The notes under the pieces are model-generated. The model worked only from the letters and a program-made list of their open reading frames with translations, did not search any database and was not told where the DNA came from. DNA of 64,000 bases from Micavibrio sp. Its GTDB lineage: Bacteria; Pseudomonadota; Alphaproteobacteria; Micavibrionales; UBA2020. Each line of letters opens with the position of its first letter. Position 1 is the first letter of the stretch. Positions 37,901 through 47,487 of this stretch are shown piece after piece. Both the position numbers and the translations under genes were made by a program. The stretch covers positions 1-64,000 of the forward strand of contig JBEIOU010000011.1 in assembly GCA_040377425.1 (NCBI GenBank). Direction: 5' to 3'.

Positions 37901-38368
37901 GTGCCTTCAGTTTACTACGATTCAATTACCCTGATCGAACGCCTGCACCGCCAGTTTCTGGACGTGCTGAAGGTGGAGCTGGAACGCGCCGGTATCTTTG
38001 ACATCAACAACGTGCAAAGCATGATCCTCTATAACATCGGCACCGATGAATTGACGGTGGGGGAATTGACGATGCGCGGGTTCTATCTTGGCTCCAACGT
38101 ATCGTATAACGTCAAGAAAATGGTCGAAAACGGCTACTTGCTGCAAGAACGTTCGATCCATGATAAGCGCTCTGTGCGCGTGCGTCTGTCCGACAAAGGC
38201 CGCCGTCTGAACGATGGCATGAGCCGTCTTTATCAACGTCATGAATCCAGTCTTGGCGCGGCCGGCCTGCCGGATGAGCGTCTGGATGCGATGAACAAAA
38301 CCCTTCACGATCTCGAAGCCTTCTGGCTGGAGCAAATGGGCGCGGGCGGTCTGAGCCTGATGTCCTGA
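37901..38368 (+). CDS. MarR-family winged-helix transcriptional regulator
   Basis: GTG start with AAGGAG RBS 8 nt upstream. wHTH segment ELTVGELTMRGFYLGSNVSYNVKKMVENGYLLQERSIHDKRSVRVRLSDKG. Followed by a hairpin TACCGC-ggc-GCGGTA plus a T-tract. Confidence 0.7.
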   Translation: MPSVYYDSITLIERLHRQFLDVLKVELERAGIFDINNVQSMILYNIGTDELTVGELTMRGFYLGSNVSYNVKKMVENGYLLQERSIHDKRSVRVRLSDKGRRLNDGMSRLYQRHESSLGAAGLPDERLDAMNKTLHDLEAFWLEQMGAGGLSLMS

Positions 38369-38528
38369 TACCGCGGCGCGGTACAGGTTTTGCCGGACGC
38401 GCGTTAGCGGCTTTTGCCAGTAATTGTAATTTTATTATCCAAATTCAGGGCATGGACTCCGTTTCTGTCCGGTGCTAACGTTTCCGCATTCAAAAAATTA
38501 CATTTGACCTTCTTCGGGAGTAAAAAGA

Positions 38529-39254
38529 ATGGCAACTGGTGGTTACGGCTATGGCCGTAAGAAAACCTTCGGACAGAAATTGACGGATGCCAAAGGCAAA
38601 GCCGTTTCGGCTTTTAAACGTGCGGCGGTGTTGACGCTGGCGGCGGGTGCGCTGGTGGGCGGCCCGGGTTACTATAACTATGGCACGCAGCAGGAAACCG
38701 AGGTCAAGGTGCGTCAGGTACTGCGCGATTTCAAAGAATGGGATCAGGAAAAAGGCGAAGGCGTCTACGAAAACTCCCGCGTGGTGACGGACAAGGGCAC
38801 CTTCCGCAACGAAGATGCGCTGCTGCATCTTAAATTCAATTCAGACCAGATGTATAACCAGTTTGAAACCGGTAAGACGTACAAAATCAAAACCTACGGC
38901 CATCTGCCCTTTGGTCTGGTCGGTAGCCCGAATATCATTTCGATGCGCGAAGTGACCGAAGAAGAGCTGGCTGAACGCGCCCGTGCGCAGCAGGCTGCAC
39001 AGAAAAAAGCTCAAGCGCCCGCAGGCCAGCCAGGTCAGCCGCAGCAAGTGCAGCAGCAAGGCACGGCGCAGCCCGCATCGCCTGCTGGCGGTCCGGCACT
39101 CAGCGGTGCGACGACCAAGGTGATTATTTCGGCTGAAGGATACGATGTTGAAATGACCGTCCCCACCGAAGCGGTCAATCAAATCCGCGTGGATAAAGTC
39201 ACCCAAGCGCAGCCAGTGCGGATTGTGCAGCCGCCCCGCGCGCCCGGCAGCTGA
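38529..39254 (+). CDS. Hypothetical membrane-anchored protein with a Q/P/A-rich linker
   Basis: GGGAG RBS 8 nt upstream. N-terminal GGYGYGRKK, one TM (AAVLTLAAGALVGG), a globular region, the linker QQAAQKKAQAPAGQPGQPQQVQQQGTAQPASPAGGP, and a C-terminal segment. Confidence 0.6.
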   Translation: MATGGYGYGRKKTFGQKLTDAKGKAVSAFKRAAVLTLAAGALVGGPGYYNYGTQQETEVKVRQVLRDFKEWDQEKGEGVYENSRVVTDKGTFRNEDALLHLKFNSDQMYNQFETGKTYKIKTYGHLPFGLVGSPNIISMREVTEEELAERARAQQAAQKKAQAPAGQPGQPQQVQQQGTAQPASPAGGPALSGATTKVIISAEGYDVEMTVPTEAVNQIRVDKVTQAQPVRIVQPPRAPGS

Positions 39255-39274
39255 TCTGCCACGCATCAAGCCAA

Positions 39275-39308
39275 TAAAAAACACCCGCATGATAGCGGGC
39301 GTTTTTTT
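39275..39308. terminator. Bidirectional Rho-independent terminator between convergent genes
   Basis: AAAAAACA-CCCGC-atgata-GCGGG-CGTTTTTTT. Confidence 0.6.
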
Positions 39309-39319
39309 ACCGTGGATGT

Positions 39320-40150
39320 TTACTTACCGCCCAGACCTGCGGGTGCCAGCTGGAATGCAGGGCGCGGGGGTTGTTTGTAGGGGCCCAGTTTTTTGATCGA
39401 GCGCAGCAGATGTACGCCCGCGGCCACCGGTTTGCTGACGACGTTAAAAGCACGCTCCAGCAAGCCGACTTTGCGGTTCAGCGGAATTTGCGGTGCGTTC
39501 GGGCCCTTCAGCATATTGGCCAGATGGTTGCGAATTTTGTTGATGGCGTGGTGTTGTTCGGATGTGTTCAGCTCCAGCTGCATTTTCTCCGACGTGCCCA
39601 GCAGGCTGATGATGTCGTGGCGCGAATGGATATGCACAATTTTATCATTCGGCAGCGCTGTGGGCGCCAATTTTTCAAGATACGCTTGCGTTTCCTTGCT
39701 TGGGCCGGGGCTTGAAAATGCCCATACTTTTTTAACGTCCAATACACGGCCGACAGTACGAGCTAGATAACCGCCCAGCGAATGGCCGGTCAGCGCAATA
39801 TCGTGCAGGGGCACATTCGCTTTTTCCGATGCCAGTTTGGTGAAGGCGAGGGCGTCTTTGAACTGTGATGGCAAACCGCCGACTGCAATCATGAAGTTCG
39901 ATTTCAGGTCATCGCCGTCGGTGCCGCGAAAGGCGACGGCATATTCCTTTTCACCTGTTTTGCAGTTTTCGCGGGTGTACAGCGCACCAAAAAACGCGCG
40001 CTTGCCGGGCATCCATTCATCGGACGTGGCGACAACCTGCCAGCCGCCGCGCGGCGGTCTGTCCGGTTCGCGAAAATAAACATGGCTGGCCAGATGGGCG
40101 TGTGCAGCGGCAATTTCCAGCTGTGTTTTGCTGATAATAACGTTTGCCAT
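39320..40150 (-). CDS. Class-3 lipase-like alpha/beta hydrolase (GHSLGG nucleophile elbow)
   Basis: 276 aa with YAVAFRGTD...TGHSLGGYLA Ser-hydrolase motif in Lipase_3-like spacing. No signal peptide (MANVIISKTQLEIA). Confidence 0.7.
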   Translation of the reverse strand: MANVIISKTQLEIAAAHAHLASHVYFREPDRPPRGGWQVVATSDEWMPGKRAFFGALYTRENCKTGEKEYAVAFRGTDGDDLKSNFMIAVGGLPSQFKDALAFTKLASEKANVPLHDIALTGHSLGGYLARTVGRVLDVKKVWAFSSPGPSKETQAYLEKLAPTALPNDKIVHIHSRHDIISLLGTSEKMQLELNTSEQHHAINKIRNHLANMLKGPNAPQIPLNRKVGLLERAFNVVSKPVAAGVHLLRSIKKLGPYKQPPRPAFQLAPAGLGGK

Positions 40151-40265
40151 GATGCCCTCCGGATTGCGTGAACCGTATCCCTAACTTGCGTACAAGGATA
40201 CCGCGCAATAGTGAACAGAGGGTTAAAAATATTATGAATTTTTAAGGTCTTGATTCCGCAATAAA

Positions 40266-40291
40266 AAACCGGCCGCTAGGGCCGGTTTTTT
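40266..40291. terminator. Rho-independent terminator downstream of gcdH
   Basis: AAAAAACCGGCC-gctag-GGCCGGTTTTTT, perfect 6-bp GC stem with flanking A/T runs. Confidence 0.65.
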
Positions 40292-40315
40292 GTATTTGCA
40301 TCGGGCGGCTGGTTT

Positions 40316-41530
40316 TTAGAACGCCGAAATTCCCGTCTGCGCACGGCCCAAAATCAGGGCGTGGATGTCGTGCGTGCCTTCGTAGGTGTTCACGGCCTCC
40401 AGATTCATCACATGGCGGATGATGTGGTATTCATCGGCGATACCGTTGCCGCCCAGCATGTCACGAGCCTGACGTGCGATGTCGAGCGACTTGCCGCAGT
40501 TGTTGCGTTTCATCAATGAAATGGCTTCGGGCGCGGCGCGGTGTTCGTCTTTCAAACGGCCCAGGCGCAGGCAGCCTTGCAGCCCCAGCGTAATTTCTGT
40601 TTGCATGTCGGCCAGTTTTTTCTGGATCAGCTGGTTCGCCGCCAGCGGTTTGCCGAACAGCACACGGTCGAGCGTATATTGACGTGCCTGATGCCAGCAG
40701 AATTCCGCCGCGCCCATCGCGCCCCATGCAATGCCATAGCGTGCATTGTTGAGGCAGGAGAACGGGCCGGTCAGCCCCTTCACTTCGGGGAATTTGTTTT
40801 CTTCGGGCACGAAGACATCATCCATCACGATTTCACCGGTGATAGAGGCGCGGAGGGAAAATTTCCCCTCGATCTTTGGCGCGGAGAGGCCTTTCATGCC
40901 TTTTTCCAGCACAAAACCGCGGATGTCGCCTGCGTCGTCTTTTGCCCAGACAACAAACACATCGGCGATCGGCGAATTGGTGATCCACATCTTGGATCCC
41001 TTGAGGATATAGCCGCCGTCGACTTTCTTCGCGCGGGTTTTCATGCCGGCCGGGTCAGACCCTGCATCCGGCTCCGTCAGGCCAAAGCAGCCGACATATT
41101 CGCCGGTGGCCAGTTTGGGCAGGAATTTCTGGCGCGTTTCTTCGTTGCCGAATGCATAGATCGGATACATGACCAGCGACGACTGGACGGACATGGCAGA
41201 GCGGTAGCCGCTGTCTACACGTTCAACTTCTCGTGCGATCAGGCCGTAGGATACATAATTGGTGCCCGCACAGCCGTAGCCATCAATAGTGGAGCCGAGT
41301 AAGCCCAGCGCGCCCATTTCATTCATGATTTCGCGGTGGAAAATTTCGTGGCGGTTTGCCTCCAGAATACGGGGCATCAGCTTGTCTTGCGCAAAGTCGC
41401 GGGCCATATCGCGGATCATGCGTTCTTCGTCTGTCAGCTGGTCGTCCAGCAGCAGGGCGTCATCCCATTTGAACGAGGGTTTCAGCTTGGATTTTTCCAC
41501 GGGCGCTTTGGTCGCAGCTTGAGCGTTCAT
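40316..41530 (-). CDS. gcdH: Glutaryl-CoA dehydrogenase (acyl-CoA dehydrogenase family)
   Basis: 404 aa ACAD with GcdH-like conserved blocks ([21 protein letters not shown]; [15 protein letters not shown]). Confidence 0.85.
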   Translation of the reverse strand: MNAQAATKAPVEKSKLKPSFKWDDALLLDDQLTDEERMIRDMARDFAQDKLMPRILEANRHEIFHREIMNEMGALGLLGSTIDGYGCAGTNYVSYGLIAREVERVDSGYRSAMSVQSSLVMYPIYAFGNEETRQKFLPKLATGEYVGCFGLTEPDAGSDPAGMKTRAKKVDGGYILKGSKMWITNSPIADVFVVWAKDDAGDIRGFVLEKGMKGLSAPKIEGKFSLRASITGEIVMDDVFVPEENKFPEVKGLTGPFSCLNNARYGIAWGAMGAAEFCWHQARQYTLDRVLFGKPLAANQLIQKKLADMQTEITLGLQGCLRLGRLKDEHRAAPEAISLMKRNNCGKSLDIARQARDMLGGNGIADEYHIIRHVMNLEAVNTYEGTHDIHALILGRAQTGISAF

Positions 41531-41565
41531 CGCTTTGCTCCTATGATGTCTGGTAGGGGTAAAAT

Positions 41566-41766
41566 ATGACAGAAAAGATGCGCGGCCGCGAGGTCATTTT
41601 TGAATTCATGCCAGTCGGTAACATCATGCGCGTCAGCGCCATGGATACCGCCACCTTGACCGAAGTCATCATCCAGTGCCCGCTGGGCGCGGGCGAGGCG
41701 GCATTCAAGAAAAACGCCCTGATGCGGCTTGAATACGTGCTGCGTAAAAAGGGCATCATCGCCTGA
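41566..41766 (+). CDS. Small conserved hypothetical protein (66 aa)
   Basis: AGGGG RBS 7-8 nt upstream. Sequence [63 protein letters not shown] resembles a small alphaproteobacterial DUF family I recall only by pattern. Confidence 0.5.
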   Translation: MTEKMRGREVIFEFMPVGNIMRVSAMDTATLTEVIIQCPLGAGEAAFKKNALMRLEYVLRKKGIIA

Positions 41767-41809
41767 CGCGCTGCGGGATTGCGATAATTTTATTATAAAA
41801 TTCCCACGT

Positions 41810-41838
41810 TTGACGGTGCTTTGTTTTTGGCGTATGTA
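41810..41838 (+). promoter_or_regulatory. Candidate sigma-70 promoter TTGACG-N17-TATGTA upstream of the second ankyrin gene
   Basis: Read directly. 17-nt spacer. About 35 nt upstream of ATG 41873. Confidence 0.4.
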
Positions 41839-41872
41839 AAATATGTTTTCACGCCAACACCGATGAAGCCGT

Positions 41873-42874
41873 ATGCCCAACACCGTGCCGCCATCGCCCG
41901 ATCCGCAGCAAGACAGCCTGAACCAGCGGCTGCTTTCCGCCGTGCGGGCGGGCAATGTGCAGGACGCCCGCCGCGCACTTCAGGACGGTGCAGAGGTGAC
42001 AGCGCAGGATGCGCAAGGCAAAACCGCCCTGCATATCGTGATGGCCACCAAAGATTACGGCAGCTATCAAAACGCGGGCAAAGAAATTCTGGCGCTTTTG
42101 CTCAACCGCGGGCTGCCTGTCAATACACCCGATAGCAGCGGTGCAACCGCGCTGCACGATGCGCTGCTGGATGATGCCTATACAACCTGCAAATACAAAA
42201 TCGATGACCTGATCAATTTCGGCGCGGATATCAAGGCGCGGGACAATCTGGGCCGCACGCCGCTGCATACCGCCGCGCAGCGCGGCAACAAGAACGAAGG
42301 GCTGAAAGCACTTCTGGCGCTGCGGCCCGACATCAACGCACGCGACAACAACGGCGCAACGCCCCTGCATCTGGCCGCCGCACGCGGAGAGACGGATGTG
42401 ATGCGCCAGTTGATTAATCATGGCGCGTGGGTGGGCGTGGCCGATAAGGCAAACCAAAGTCCGTGGGATTACGCCGAAAAAGCGGGCCACGAATATCTGG
42501 CGCAAACCCTGCGTGCCGAAGCGGTCAAACAAAAGCAATCCTGGGACGCGTGGGAAAAAAAACAGAACGCCGACCCATGGCAATTGCTGTCGCCCGACAA
42601 GGTGGCGCATGTCAAAACCGAAGCCAAGATCGGCTATCGACTGACCGAAGAATTCAATTTTGCCGCCCGCACCTATACCAAGATCGCCCATAACCTTGCG
42701 ACCAAGGCCGAGGGGGTGACGGTGGTGGGCTTTGATGTGTTTGACGATAAATCCCACATCGAACGCGCACACGAAAACCTGCTGCGTTTGGGTGGCACGG
42801 CAGCGCGGGAATCCGTCCATGGCCCGGTCCTTGGCAAGCCGCGCGCGGGTATTCGTCGCCTGCCCCCTAAATAA
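41873..42874 (+). CDS. Ankyrin-repeat protein (333 aa, at least 6 ANK repeats)
   Basis: Repeats such as QGKTALHIVMATKDYGSYQNAGKEILALLLNRGLPVNTPDSSGATALHDA and NNGATPLHLAAARGETDVMRQLINHGA. No signal peptide. C-terminal third is non-repeat. Confidence 0.8.
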   Translation: MPNTVPPSPDPQQDSLNQRLLSAVRAGNVQDARRALQDGAEVTAQDAQGKTALHIVMATKDYGSYQNAGKEILALLLNRGLPVNTPDSSGATALHDALLDDAYTTCKYKIDDLINFGADIKARDNLGRTPLHTAAQRGNKNEGLKALLALRPDINARDNNGATPLHLAAARGETDVMRQLINHGAWVGVADKANQSPWDYAEKAGHEYLAQTLRAEAVKQKQSWDAWEKKQNADPWQLLSPDKVAHVKTEAKIGYRLTEEFNFAARTYTKIAHNLATKAEGVTVVGFDVFDDKSHIERAHENLLRLGGTAARESVHGPVLGKPRAGIRRLPPK

Positions 42875-42971
42875 TATCCATAATGCGCTGTTTTTGGTAT
42901 ATACCGCTGGCGGCGGTATACTACATCTGGTATAGACAGGGCATATTTATCAGCCAATAGGGGGCTGTCCC

Positions 42972-43466
42972 ATGAATACCACGCCGCACACCACATCTGC
43001 CGCCGCGCCGCGCACGATCAAAAAGATCGGCCTTGCCGCTGACCATGCCGGCTTCGCGCTCAAATCACGCCTGGCCGAATATGTGACGAACAAGGGATAT
43101 CAGGTCGTAGATCTGGGCCCGCAGACCGAAGACCGCGTAGATTATCCGGACTACGGCTATAAACTCGCCGAAGCGATCGCGGCAGGCGACGTGGATGCAG
43201 GCATCGGCATTTGCGGCAGCGGCATTGGAATTTCTATCGCGCTCAACCGTTATACTGCCGTACGCGCGGCGCTGTGTCATGACGTGACAACGGCGCAGCT
43301 GGCGCGTCAGCACAACAACGCAAACGTGCTGGTGCTGGGTGCTCGCCTGATTGGCCCCGATATCGCCACGGCCTGCGTCGATACGTTTTTGAATACCGCT
43401 TTCGAAGGTGGCCGCCATGCCGGCCGCGTGGAAAAACTCGGACAAAAAGGATGCAGCATCACATGA
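42972..43466 (+). CDS. rpiB: Ribose-5-phosphate isomerase B (RpiB/LacAB family), with an approximately 18-aa N-terminal extension
   Basis: [15 protein letters not shown]...[16 protein letters not shown] signature. Confidence 0.8.
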   Translation: MNTTPHTTSAAAPRTIKKIGLAADHAGFALKSRLAEYVTNKGYQVVDLGPQTEDRVDYPDYGYKLAEAIAAGDVDAGIGICGSGIGISIALNRYTAVRAALCHDVTTAQLARQHNNANVLVLGARLIGPDIATACVDTFLNTAFEGGRHAGRVEKLGQKGCSIT

Positions 43467-43492
43467 CAAACGCACAGCGCAAAGAGGCAGCC

Positions 43493-44776
43493 ATGAACAG
43501 TTTTGATTTCTTCTCGTCCGATCTGGCATCGGCAGACGCCGAAGTATTCGCGGGCATTTCAAACGAACTGAAACGCCAGCAGGAACAGATCGAACTGATC
43601 GCATCAGAAAACATCGTATCCCGCGCGGTGCTGCAGGCGCAGGGATCTGTGCTGACCAACAAATACGCCGAAGGCTATCCGGGCAAGCGTTACTACGGCG
43701 GCTGCGAATTCGTGGATGTGACCGAACAGTTGGCGATTGATCGCATTTGCAAACTGTTTGGCGTCAAATTCGCCAACGTGCAGCCCCATTCGGGCGCGCA
43801 GGCGAACCAGGCCGTGATGCTGGCGCTGCTGCAACCGGGCGATACGGTTCTGGGGCAGGCACTGTCTGCGGGTGGCCACTTGACGCACGGCGCGAAGCCG
43901 AACCTGTCCGGTAAATGGTTTAATGCCGTACAGTACGGCGTGCGTGCCGATGACGGCCTGATTGATATGGACGATGTCGCGAAACTGGCGGCGGAGCATA
44001 AACCCAAGCTGATTATCGCGGGCGCGTCGGCGTATCCGCGCGTGATCGATTTTAAACGCTTCCGTGAAATCGCGGACAGCGTGGGCGCATACCTGATGGT
44101 CGATATGGCGCATTACGCGGGCTTGATTGCGGGCGGCGTGTATCCGTCGCCGGTTGGTTACGCACATGTGACGACGTCCACCACGCATAAAACCCTGCGC
44201 GGCCCGCGCGGCGGTATCATCCTGACGGATGACGAAGAGATCATCAAAAAGATTAATTCTGCTGTCTTCCCCGGCCTGCAGGGCGGACCGCTGGAGCATG
44301 TGATTGCCGCAAAGGCCGTTGCCTTTGGCGAGGCGTTGCAACCATCGTTTAAAACCTACGCCAAGCAGGTGCTGGATAACGCGCGCATGCTGGCCGACAC
44401 GCTGAAGGCTGGTGGTCTGGATATCGTCTCGGGCGGCACCGATTGCCACCTGATTTTGGTCGATCTGCGCCCTAAAAAACTGACAGGCCGCGCGGCGGAG
44501 CTGAGCCTTGAACACGCCCGCATGACCTGCAACAAGAACGCCATTCCGTTCGACCCTGAAAAGCCGATGGTGACATCGGGTATTCGCGTGGGCACGCCCG
44601 CAGCAACCACGCGCGGTTTCGGCACGGCCGAATTCAAGCTGGTGGGCGAATACATGGTCGAGGTGCTGGACGGTCTGGCCGCAAACGGCGCAGATGGTAA
44701 TGCAAAAGTCGAGGCGTCTGTTGCCGCACGCGTGGCAGATCTTTGTGCCAAGTTTCCGATTTATCCGAAAGAATAA
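43493..44776 (+). CDS. glyA: Serine hydroxymethyltransferase
   Basis: Start at MNSFDFF (AAAGAGG RBS 5 nt upstream) by alignment to the SHMT N-terminus (…ELIASEN…). PLP-Lys region [16 protein letters not shown]. Confidence 0.9.
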   Translation: MNSFDFFSSDLASADAEVFAGISNELKRQQEQIELIASENIVSRAVLQAQGSVLTNKYAEGYPGKRYYGGCEFVDVTEQLAIDRICKLFGVKFANVQPHSGAQANQAVMLALLQPGDTVLGQALSAGGHLTHGAKPNLSGKWFNAVQYGVRADDGLIDMDDVAKLAAEHKPKLIIAGASAYPRVIDFKRFREIADSVGAYLMVDMAHYAGLIAGGVYPSPVGYAHVTTSTTHKTLRGPRGGIILTDDEEIIKKINSAVFPGLQGGPLEHVIAAKAVAFGEALQPSFKTYAKQVLDNARMLADTLKAGGLDIVSGGTDCHLILVDLRPKKLTGRAAELSLEHARMTCNKNAIPFDPEKPMVTSGIRVGTPAATTRGFGTAEFKLVGEYMVEVLDGLAANGADGNAKVEASVAARVADLCAKFPIYPKE

Positions 44777-44804
44777 TTTTTAAACACGAAGCGAGTGAAC
44801 GAGC

Positions 44805-45278
44805 ATGAAATGCCCTTTTTGCGCCAGCGAGGAAACGCAGGTCAAGGACTCCCGCCCGACGGAAGATAGCGCTGCGATCCGCCGTCGCCGCGAATGTCCG
44901 AAATGCGAAGCGCGTTTCACCACGTTTGAACGCGTGCAGTTGCGCGAACTGGTGGTGCTGAAAGCCGATGGCCGCCGCGAAGCGTTTGACCGTGAAAAGC
45001 TGCTGCGTTCCCTTCGGTTGTCTTTGCAAAAACGTCCTGTTGAAAGCGATGCGATCGAACGCGCCGCCAACGACATCGTGCGCCAGCTGGAACAATCGGG
45101 CGATAGCGATATCCCGACCAAGACAATTGGTGAAAAGGCGATGCAAACGCTTTCTGGGCTTGATCCTATCGCATATGTCCGCTATGCCTCCGTGTACAAG
45201 GATTTCCGCGAAGTGCGGGACTACAGCGATTTCCTCGCCGACCTTGAAAACGTATGCAAAAAAGCGGGAGCCGCCTGA
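44805..45278 (+). CDS. nrdR: Transcriptional repressor NrdR
   Basis: Zinc ribbon CPFC...CPKC followed by an ATP-cone. Confidence 0.9.
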   Translation: MKCPFCASEETQVKDSRPTEDSAAIRRRRECPKCEARFTTFERVQLRELVVLKADGRREAFDREKLLRSLRLSLQKRPVESDAIERAANDIVRQLEQSGDSDIPTKTIGEKAMQTLSGLDPIAYVRYASVYKDFREVRDYSDFLADLENVCKKAGAA

Positions 45279-45817
45279 TGGCCGAAGAAGAAACAAAAAA
45301 ACAGCCTTTCCGCGAATTGAAAGTGACCAAAGTGCCGCCGCGCGCGCCTGAACAGGCTGCGGCAGGCAAAAACAAAGGCTCGCCCAAGGCGCAAAAAACC
45401 GCAGCCCGTCTGGCGGCGGTGCAGGTACTGTATCAGATGCGTCTCAACAATCAGGACGCGCAATCGGCGGTGGAAGAATATATCAGCCATCGCAGCGGCT
45501 TTAATCTGGACGGCGATGTGTTTGTGCCCGCCGAAGAAACGCTGCTGCGCGATATTATTTCGGGCATTCAAACGCGCTGGACGGATGTGGACGGTATCGT
45601 TTCCGCCGCGCTGGCTGCGGGCGGCAAGACCGAGGTCGAGGCGCTGCTGGACTCCGTTCTGCGTGCAGGCACGTATGAACTGCTCGCGCATGGCGATATC
45701 GACGCTGGTATCATCATTCACGATTATCTGAATGTCACTGCCGGTTTTTATGACGGGTCTGAACCGAAGCTGGTCAATGCCATCCTCGACAAAGTCGCCA
45801 AGAACCTGCGCAGTTGA
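45278..45817 (+). CDS. nusB: Transcription antitermination factor NusB
   Basis: Start ATG overlaps the nrdR stop (TGATG; GGGAG RBS). Core AARLAAVQVLYQM... all-helical NusB fold with an N-terminal basic extension. Confidence 0.85.
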   Translation: MAEEETKKQPFRELKVTKVPPRAPEQAAAGKNKGSPKAQKTAARLAAVQVLYQMRLNNQDAQSAVEEYISHRSGFNLDGDVFVPAEETLLRDIISGIQTRWTDVDGIVSAALAAGGKTEVEALLDSVLRAGTYELLAHGDIDAGIIIHDYLNVTAGFYDGSEPKLVNAILDKVAKNLRS

Positions 45818-46324
45818 TTACGCCTTTGTGGCGGGCTTTTTGAAACGCCAGAAAATCGCCAGCAAGACCACCAGTGTGCCAGCGGCAAATGTGCCGGCCA
45901 GCATATAAAATATTCTTGGGTCAATTTGCGGGGATATTTTCATGTTTGCCGAAAGCACAAACTCGGCCTTTCCCGCGATGGAAAGTACCGCAAAGGCGCC
46001 TGTCCAAAGATAAAATTCTTTCATGTATTGCAGCGTTTCGCTGCGATGCTCGGGCAAGAGCCAGTAATCGCGGTTGGGAATGATCGCAAAATACCGCGGC
46101 TTTTTATCCACCAGCAGGCCTGCTGTGATAAAGGTAAACGCCACAATCCCCAATGCCGTGATGTAATAGACGAATACCGATCGCACGGGCATCCATTTGC
46201 CGGGCTTTCCATCGGCATCGAAAAACAGGGCAATCGGGTCTGGTAATACGGCCCAATAATGATGCAGTTGCAGCCACACGGCCGCAGCGCCCGCGATATA
46301 GATCAAATAGGCAAGCGCAGACAT
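45818..46324 (-). CDS. Hypothetical membrane protein (4 TM)
   Basis: 168-aa hydrophobic ORF on the strand opposite nusB, ending 5 nt before the metC stop. Confidence 0.5.
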   Translation of the reverse strand: MSALAYLIYIAGAAAVWLQLHHYWAVLPDPIALFFDADGKPGKWMPVRSVFVYYITALGIVAFTFITAGLLVDKKPRYFAIIPNRDYWLLPEHRSETLQYMKEFYLWTGAFAVLSIAGKAEFVLSANMKISPQIDPRIFYMLAGTFAAGTLVVLLAIFWRFKKPATKA

Positions 46325-46329
46325 GGCGG

Positions 46330-47487
46330 TTATTCCAGACGCTGCAGGCCCGCTGCCAGATCGCGGCGAATGTCTTCGACGTCTTCAAGCCCGATATGCA
46401 GACGAAGGGAGAAGCCCTCTTCCGTCCACGCCTGCGCGGTGCGTATCGGTTTGGGCTGTTCGGGAAACAGAAGTGATTCAAACCCGCCCCAGCTGAAGCC
46501 GAGATTGAAAAATTCCATACCGTCCAGCATCGCCGCGATTTTCTTGCGGTCGGTCTGGTGCAAGATAATGCCAAACGTGCCGGATGAGCCTTTATAATAT
46601 TTTTTCCAGTTTTCATGGCCGGGGCAGGACGGCAGGGCGGGGTGATGCACGCGCTTTACCTGCGGCTGCTGTGAAAGCCACTGCGCGATATCCAGTGCGT
46701 TCTTCTGATGCTGGCGCAGGCGCACATTCAGCGTACGCAGGCCGCGCAGGCCCAGATATAATTCTTCTGATCCACCGCAAAGGCCGAGCATGAGGGCGGC
46801 GCGTTTGACCTGCGGCCAAGACTCTTCGTTCGACGAGACGACACCCAGCATGACGTCGGAGTGGCCGGAGATATATTTTGTGGCCGACATCACGGACACA
46901 TCAATACCGAATTCGATCGGGCGGAAAAACAGCGGCGTCGCCCAGCTATTGTCTATCGCTGTTTTAATGCCTGCTTTTTTCGCGGCGGCGGTGATGGCGC
47001 CCACGTCCTGCACTTCGAATGTCAGCGAACCGGGCGCTTCCATGAAAACCAGTTTGGTATTCGGGCGGAATAGTTTTTCGATATCTGCGCCAATCAGCGG
47101 GGGGTAGTATTCGACATCAACACCAAATCGGCGCAGGATTTCTTCGCACGATTTGCGGCTGGGACCATAGCAGTTATCAGTCATCAGGATATGATCGCCG
47201 GCTTCGGTAAACGCCATCAACGCCGTCAAAATGGCAGACAGGCCGGAGCAGGTAGCCACGCTGCGGAAAGCGCCTTCGATGGCGGCGATGCCTTCTTCGA
47301 ACGCGGCGCTCGACGGGGTGCCCGCACGGCCATATGAATAGGGCACGTTGGGCACTTTTTCGAATTCTTCATAGGTGCGGAAAACGATGGTCGACATGCG
47401 GTGCGGCGGCACGTTGACCGCGCCGTGGTATTCGTCGGGTTTCGACCCGGCATGGGTCAGCAACGTTTCGAAGCTTTTATCCGTCAT
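46330..47487 (-). CDS. metC: Cystathionine beta-lyase (PLP-dependent Cys/Met metabolism enzyme)
   Basis: Start at MTDKSFETLLTHAG (AGGGA RBS; ATGA overlap with sseA). Aligns to MetC along its length, including the PLP-Lys context SATKYISGHSD. Confidence 0.85.
   Translation of the reverse strand: MTDKSFETLLTHAGSKPDEYHGAVNVPPHRMSTIVFRTYEEFEKVPNVPYSYGRAGTPSSAAFEEGIAAIEGAFRSVATCSGLSAILTALMAFTEAGDHILMTDNCYGPSRKSCEEILRRFGVDVEYYPPLIGADIEKLFRPNTKLVFMEAPGSLTFEVQDVGAITAAAKKAGIKTAIDNSWATPLFFRPIEFGIDVSVMSATKYISGHSDVMLGVVSSNEESWPQVKRAALMLGLCGGSEELYLGLRGLRTLNVRLRQHQKNALDIAQWLSQQPQVKRVHHPALPSCPGHENWKKYYKGSSGTFGIILHQTDRKKIAAMLDGMEFFNLGFSWGGFESLLFPEQPKPIRTAQAWTEEGFSLRLHIGLEDVEDIRRDLAAGLQRLE

Noticed and set aside
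40541-44515. ORFs 40541..41302 (+), 41849..42820 (-), 43604..44515 (-)
   Set aside because: Antisense to gcdH, the ankyrin gene and glyA.
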